A stretch of 60,235 nt of DNA from a virus: UHGV virus genome UHGV-1364457; one strand, 5' to 3'. The notes under the pieces were generated by a model. It searched no databases, was not told the DNA's origin, and worked only from the letters and a program-made list of their open reading frames with translations. The translations under genes were made by a program, and so were the position numbers. Positions 55,319-60,235 of this stretch are shown here, piece by piece. Position 1 is the stretch's first letter; each line of letters starts with the position of its first letter.

Positions 55319-56437
55319 ATGAATACCCAAGACCTCGCTGAACTCTATCTTCTCTCTCGTTCCCTTTGGTGGCGGCATGAACTCGGCTTGCTTTCCGATC
55401 AGGCCGTGTCGGAACTCATCAAAGTGCTGCGTTCGGCACGTGCCGGAATCGTGGCGCAAATCGAAGCCGAAGCTCAAGGTCTGGCCTCCATTTCGGAGTG
55501 GACGAGGGAAAGGAATGACCAGATTTCCGCATGGATTGACGAAGTTCTTGCGGGCACATCGGCAAGCGTCACCAGCTACATTTCCGAAGCGTCCGTAGGC
55601 GTGGCCCTTGCGTCTGTGGCGACGTACAACAGCATCCTGTCTTTTGACGGGAAAGCAAAGGCGGTAAAGCTGGTTGAAGGGCTCACACGGGAACAGGTGA
55701 AGCAATTCTTCCAAGACCAGCCCCTAGGCGGGAAATTACTTTCCGACTGGGTGGGCAATGCCTTCTCGACCGGGGCGCGGGATTCCATTCTGGACGCCAT
55801 CCGCGAGGGCGTGGTCATGGGTGAGGGATACCGCAAGCTCGTCAAACGTGTCATGACGGCGGCTGATGCGGGGTTCTCCATTACTCAACGCGAGGCCACA
55901 ACCTTAGTCCGAACGTACGTTCAGAGTGCCAATACAGGCGCACAAGAAGCGGTTTACGAGCAGAATGAGGGAATAATCAAGGGATACAAGCGCGTTGAGA
56001 CGCTCGATAACCGTACATGCCGAATCTGTGCGTTGGCAGATGGAGCCGTGTATGGCAAGAACGAGAAACGCCCGGAACTTCCGGCGCACCCGAATTGCCG
56101 AGGGGTATGGCTTCCTCTTTTAAAATCATTTCGAGAGATTGGGTTGAATATAGACGAACTTGAGGAAGTTGCGAGGCCGTGGACTATCCGAGAGCAGGGG
56201 CCGATAGGTACGGGCGGTCGAAAAATCCTGAACTTCGGCACCACGAAAGAGAATTTCGGCGGCTGGTGGGAATCCCTCTCGGCAGAAGACAAGCTGAAAA
56301 CCAGCGTCGGGCCAGTGCGTGGAAGGTTGCTTCAAGAGGGACTAGTGCGATGGGAAGACCTGAGCGATAAGCGCACAGGGTTGCCGTACACGCTGGAACA
56401 GTTGGGATTTGATGAACAGGGAAATCCGTTGCGCTAG
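55319..56437 (+). CDS. Head morphogenesis protein, SPP1 gp7 / Mu F-like family
   Basis: RTCRICALADGAVYGKNEKRPELPAHPNCRGVWLP. Confidence 0.65.
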   Translation: MNTQDLAELYLLSRSLWWRHELGLLSDQAVSELIKVLRSARAGIVAQIEAEAQGLASISEWTRERNDQISAWIDEVLAGTSASVTSYISEASVGVALASVATYNSILSFDGKAKAVKLVEGLTREQVKQFFQDQPLGGKLLSDWVGNAFSTGARDSILDAIREGVVMGEGYRKLVKRVMTAADAGFSITQREATTLVRTYVQSANTGAQEAVYEQNEGIIKGYKRVETLDNRTCRICALADGAVYGKNEKRPELPAHPNCRGVWLPLLKSFREIGLNIDELEEVARPWTIREQGPIGTGGRKILNFGTTKENFGGWWESLSAEDKLKTSVGPVRGRLLQEGLVRWEDLSDKRTGLPYTLEQLGFDEQGNPLR

Positions 56438-56939
56438 TGGCTCTTGACCTTCCCAACAGGAAAATTTATCTTCTAGAGAAGAAGGGCGGCAAGTGCGCTA
56501 ACACTCACCGCCCCGTGTGGGGCACGTCCCCCGTGATTCAGCATCACAGTTTTGCGCCCCGGTAGGTTCGCTCCCTACCGGGGCAACTGCGTTTTTAGAG
56601 GTTCAGCAAGCGAACCACCACAGCCGCAAGAACGCTCGCCAGCAAGCCGACGAGAACGTCCCGGAGGAAGCGTTTCATGGGGATACCCTCCTTTCGGGAG
56701 AGGTTGCCCCACATCCCTATCCTACAAAATCACACCTCCATCCGCAATCAATATCCCCCGTGTCAGACGATGCGGGGGATTTTTTTGTGCCTTTTCGTAT
56801 TTCGTACCAACATCACGTTGTTTTTTTCTCTCCAGCCTCGTCTATTCTGAGCAGTTACGCGGCACGAGCCGCAGAGGTGGCGTGAAGCCGAGGCAATGAA
56901 TCCGGCGTGATGCCGCAACAACGAACCGAGAAGGAAAAG

Positions 56940-57767
56940 ATGAAACTCAAGCTCGATGACAACGGCAATGCGGTTTTGCAGGAAGGTATCCCTGTATGGG
57001 TAGCCGATGACGGCAAAGAAATCCCCTACAATGTCCCCGATCTCGTAGGCAAGCTGTCCGCTGTGAATGCGGAATCCGCCGGACGCCGTAAGGAACTGGA
57101 TGACCTCAATGCCAAGTTCAAGCTGTTTGAAGGGCTTGATCCGGAGAAGGCTAAGGCCGCCCTTGAAACCGTCGCCAACCTTGAAGCCGGGAAACTCATT
57201 GACGCCGGGAAGGTGGAAGAGTTCAAGGCGCAGGTTGATCAGGGATGGAAAGTCAAGCTTGAAGATAAAGACAAGGCTCATGTGAAGGAAATTGAAAAAC
57301 TCACAGAAGCCTTGGATAGCAAGAACGCGGCGATTCGCAATCTCGTTGTGCGGGGTGCTTTTGAAGCAAGTACCTTTTTGCGAGAAAAAACTACCCTTCC
57401 CGCTGACATGGCCTATGCCGCTTTCGGCAAACATTTCGAAGTGAAAGAAGAAAACGGCGAACTTAAAGCCGTGGCATCCCTCGACGGTCAGCCCATTTTC
57501 AGCCGTTCCAATCCGGGAACATTCGCTTCTCCGGAAGAGGCTATCGAAGCACTGATCGAAAAGTATCCCTACAAAGAACGCATTTTGCGGGACACCATGC
57601 CCGGCGGTTCCGGTGCGACCAAGCCTAGCTTTGTAAGCTCCGCCAAAAATCCGTGGGCAAAGGAAAGTTGGAACGTAGGGGAACAAATGAAACTTTTTAG
57701 CGTTAATCCGGCCCGCGCCAAAGCGTTGATGCAAGAAGCTGGCGTCCCGATTCCTGCGGGCCTCTAA
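56940..57767 (+). CDS. Scaffolding protein candidate
   Basis: Helical K/E/A-rich. AAGGAAAAG RBS. Lies before the capsid gene. Confidence 0.5.
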   Translation: MKLKLDDNGNAVLQEGIPVWVADDGKEIPYNVPDLVGKLSAVNAESAGRRKELDDLNAKFKLFEGLDPEKAKAALETVANLEAGKLIDAGKVEEFKAQVDQGWKVKLEDKDKAHVKEIEKLTEALDSKNAAIRNLVVRGAFEASTFLREKTTLPADMAYAAFGKHFEVKEENGELKAVASLDGQPIFSRSNPGTFASPEEAIEALIEKYPYKERILRDTMPGGSGATKPSFVSSAKNPWAKESWNVGEQMKLFSVNPARAKALMQEAGVPIPAGL

Positions 57768-57776
57768 GGAGTATTT

Positions 57777-58805
57777 ATGGCAGTTCAGAGCGGTTCTCAG
57801 GTTTCCACTCGTCTCTCCGATGTGCCGATTGTACCGGAGATTGCGACCGCAGCCATCATTCTGCGTTCGCTTAACAGCAATGCGTTCGTCAATTCCGGGG
57901 TTATGATCCGTGACCCGGAAGCCGACGCCTTTTTGACCAACAATCTTGGCGGCAAAACCTTTGCGCCTCGTTATCTCGGCCCGCTTGCCGATGATGAGCC
58001 GAACATTTCCTCGGATGACCCTTCCGAAAAGTCCACGCCCAAAAAGATTACGGGCGGGAAAAATAAGGCTGTCAGGCAAAGCCTCAACCAGTCGTGGTCT
58101 TCGATGGATTTGACCAATACCTATTTGGGGTTGGACATTACCACGGCGATCACCAATCAGATCGGCGATTACTGGAATACCCAAGAAAACAAAAGACTTT
58201 TGGCTTCTCTTAAAGGGATCATCGCCGCAGATTTGGCGACAGGTAGTCCCGTCATGACCGTAGACGTTACGGGGAAGACGGGCGCTGATGCCCTGTTCAA
58301 TGCCGAAGCATTTATCGATGCTCAAACCACGATGGGGGACATGGCGTCCTCTCTGACTGCTGTAGCCGTACACTCTACTGTGTACGCCACCATGAAAAAA
58401 CTTAACCTGATTGACTTCATCCCCGCTTCTGAGGGGAGGGTGGAAATTCCCACCTATCAAGGCCTTACTGTCATTCAGGATGACGCCATGACCTATGTTC
58501 CTGCGGTCACTGGCGATTCTCCTTCTCCTGCTAAATATTACACCTACCTGTTCGGACGGGGCGCGGTAGCTCTCGGCGTGGGCACTCCGAAGACCCCCTT
58601 TGCTATCCATCGTGATGAAGCTGCGGGCAATGGCGGCGGTGAAGAAATCGTTCATTCCCGCCTTGAATGGATCATCCACCCGCAGGGGTTCAGTTTCGGT
58701 CTGGAAGAGACGCCTACCTTGGCGCAGCTTGAAACGGCAAGCAACTGGACTCGTCAGTATGAGCGCAAGCGCATTGCCCTTGCTGCCCTGATTACGCAGG
58801 GCTAG
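57777..58805 (+). CDS. Major capsid protein candidate
   Basis: AAGGAG RBS. 342 aa. Follows the scaffold gene. Confidence 0.55.
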   Translation: MAVQSGSQVSTRLSDVPIVPEIATAAIILRSLNSNAFVNSGVMIRDPEADAFLTNNLGGKTFAPRYLGPLADDEPNISSDDPSEKSTPKKITGGKNKAVRQSLNQSWSSMDLTNTYLGLDITTAITNQIGDYWNTQENKRLLASLKGIIAADLATGSPVMTVDVTGKTGADALFNAEAFIDAQTTMGDMASSLTAVAVHSTVYATMKKLNLIDFIPASEGRVEIPTYQGLTVIQDDAMTYVPAVTGDSPSPAKYYTYLFGRGAVALGVGTPKTPFAIHRDEAAGNGGGEEIVHSRLEWIIHPQGFSFGLEETPTLAQLETASNWTRQYERKRIALAALITQG

Positions 58806-58816
58806 GAGGCGTCTTT

Positions 58817-59047
58817 ATGGCGAAAGAAAAAGAATCCCCTGAGCAGCCTGTAGAGGAAAAGATTCCGCCTCAACAGAGTAAGGAATCAGGTAAAGCCGAG
58901 CGCATGAGCGAAAGAACCCCCAACCAGCAAAATATGTATATTTCTGAACTGTTGCGTAAAAAGGCACAGGGGCAGAGCATGGATGCCTTGCGGGGTGAAA
59001 ACCAAATGCTCAAAGCAAAGCTCAAAAGGCTTGAATCAGGACAATAA
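58817..59047 (+). CDS. Small coiled-coil protein
   Basis: 76 aa. Confidence 0.4.
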   Translation: MAKEKESPEQPVEEKIPPQQSKESGKAERMSERTPNQQNMYISELLRKKAQGQSMDALRGENQMLKAKLKRLESGQ

Positions 59048-59177
59048 GACATCAAGGTCACGAGCACAGGCCCACAGCAACAGCACTCCTTAACGCCTAG
59101 CGTCTGAGCTTGACCACGGGCGGGGCACAGCCTCCCATGTCCCGCCCGGAATCAAGAACGGAACAAAGGACAAAGAT

Positions 59178-59546
59178 ATGTCGTATGAAACGGTTGAACT
59201 CAATGTCACGAAGCTTTCCGAGAACAAGTATCGGGACGGGAACAAGGTCTATATCGTCGCCAACTTGATTGAGCGGGCGAAAGAGCTTGAGCCGTTTGAC
59301 TTGCCCCTGATTGCCCTCAACGCTAGTTCCAATGTTTGGCACCCCGTTTCTTGCGCGTATGACCTTGCCCGCAAGATGAAGCGAGTTCAGCAAGCCGATC
59401 TGAATTGTCCGATTATCCTTGATGAATCAGGGTTCGTCATGGACGGATGGCATCGCATCGCAAAGGCTCTTTTCGAAGGCCGGGAAACCATCAAGGCGGT
59501 ACGGTTTAAAGAAACGCCGCCCTGTGACTATGTTGAAGAAGAGTAG
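59178..59546 (+). CDS. ParB-like nuclease domain protein (small)
   Basis: ILDESGFVMDGWHRIAKAL resembles the ParB N-terminal-domain DGxHR motif. Confidence 0.45.
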   Translation: MSYETVELNVTKLSENKYRDGNKVYIVANLIERAKELEPFDLPLIALNASSNVWHPVSCAYDLARKMKRVQQADLNCPIILDESGFVMDGWHRIAKALFEGRETIKAVRFKETPPCDYVEEE

Positions 59547-59564
59547 GGAACAAGTGAGAAGCCA

Positions 59565-59960
59565 ATGATATATGAAACCAATGAGAAACATTTCTCTGTA
59601 TTCAAAGAAGAATGTATCAAGTGGATCAAATTCTTTGGAATTACAGAATGGGAAATATTTTTCGTTCATGAAACATATGAAGATGGATGCAGAGCGGCGT
59701 GCTATACAAAACATTTGCATAAAATAGCGCACCTTGCTTTGAATAAAAGACAAGAAGTATGTGAACCAATTACAGATGAATCCATAAAAAAATCGGCATT
59801 CCATGAAGTGTGTGAATTACTTCTTTCAAGCATTACTTTTATAGCACTTGATGAAGAAATACCTCATCATGAAAGACAGGGGCTTACAGAATCTGAAACT
59901 CATGAAGTAATCAGAAGAATGGAAAATTCTATTTTCAACCATGTTAAACTAGAGGCGTAA
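59565..59960 (+). CDS. Low-GC hypothetical protein
   Basis: 131 aa, about 36% GC. Confidence 0.4.
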   Translation: MIYETNEKHFSVFKEECIKWIKFFGITEWEIFFVHETYEDGCRAACYTKHLHKIAHLALNKRQEVCEPITDESIKKSAFHEVCELLLSSITFIALDEEIPHHERQGLTESETHEVIRRMENSIFNHVKLEA

Positions 59961-59962
59961 AT

Positions 59963-60235
59963 ATGGCCCTTATCGTTGAAGATGGAACCATGCCCGAAGG
60001 CGCAAATACCTACGCTTCAGTATCAGAAGCGGACACTTATCTTTTATCCCGTGGTGTTTCTGATTGGCCCGCGCCGCCGTCTTCCGATCTGGAGCCAGAT
60101 CCGCAGCTTTCAGCTAAAGAAGCCGCCCTCATCCGTTCCGCCGATTACCTCAACGGTTTGAAGTGGAAAGGCGAAAAAATTGAGTACGATTGGCCTATGG
60201 CGTGGCCCCGCGCCGGAGTACCTACCGGAGTCAAG
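59963..60235 (+). CDS. Head-tail connector-like protein, N-terminal part (3' end beyond the window edge)
   Basis: ATG 59963 overlaps the upstream stop. Open to the last base. 273 nt = 91 codons exactly. MALIVEDGTMPEGANTYASVSEADTYLLSRG... Confidence 0.5.
   Translation, partial: MALIVEDGTMPEGANTYASVSEADTYLLSRGVSDWPAPPSSDLEPDPQLSAKEAALIRSADYLNGLKWKGEKIEYDWPMAWPRAGVPTGVK

Noticed and set aside
56763-58679. 638-aa minus-strand ORF spanning the scaffold and capsid genes
   Set aside because: Antisense to two well-supported plus-strand genes with strong RBSs (56940..57767, 57777..58805). Its translation is low-complexity G/R-rich, the usual long open antisense frame in high-GC DNA.

Overview
The window reads as one roughly 60 kb temperate siphovirus genome (lambda/HK97/GTA-like mosaic) in a high-GC background (~58% GC by eye), either circularly permuted or cut from tandem prophages. 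The head-tail connector gene that is cut off at the right edge (59963..60235) continues in frame into position 1. Reading left to right: (i) 1-3.97 kb head-tail joining genes, major tail protein and a G/GT-type tail assembly chaperone pair with an A_AAA_AAC -1 frameshift site at 3615-3621. (ii) 3.97-15.7 kb, an unusual ~11.7 kb accessory island between the chaperone pair and the tape measure gene. It carries a regulated operon for a Gly/Trp/Cys-rich protein and an extreme Arg/Tyr/Asp/Glu low-complexity protein, three antirepressor-type genes (Bro-N/KilA-C, Rha, Bro-N), a tandem-HTH protein, an XhlA-like plus membrane-protein pair, a low-GC P-loop ATPase under an operator-embedded promoter, and a lipoprotein. 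(iii) 15.7-26.2 kb tape measure (low-GC N-terminal two thirds), distal tail proteins, NlpC/P60 peptidase, a 1413-aa host-specificity protein, tail fibre and a Tfa-type fibre chaperone. (iv) 26.5-26.8 kb, an attP-like region with the 3' fragment of a tRNA on the minus strand, direct repeats and TATCCT arm-like repeats, followed by a tyrosine integrase and an excisionase. (v) 28.2-35.6 kb, a leftward early operon with many ATGA-coupled small genes (Lar-like, Cys-rich zinc-ribbon proteins, RecT, YqaJ-type exonuclease). (vi) 35.98-37.47 kb, a lower-GC three-gene block: XRE HTH, nuclease-like protein fused to an HTH, and a MazF/PemK-like toxin. (vii) a 1.5 kb GC-rich stretch with no credible ORF, then an array of five minus-strand tRNAs (two atypical), a (CT)20 microsatellite and a low-GC patch. 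(viii) a CI/Cro-like divergent pair, replication genes, RusA, DUF3310-like protein, dUTPase, a Q-like zinc-ribbon protein, a lysis cassette (M15 peptidase, holin-like, lipoprotein, membrane protein), a PAPS-reductase-like/ParB-like pair and an ASCH protein. (ix) terS, terL, portal, two low-GC small genes, SPP1 gp7-like morphogenesis protein, scaffold, major capsid, a ParB-like nuclease plus low-GC unknown pair, and the connector. Several long antisense ORFs in the track are artefacts. All calls come from reading the sequence and motifs; nothing was searched against a database.
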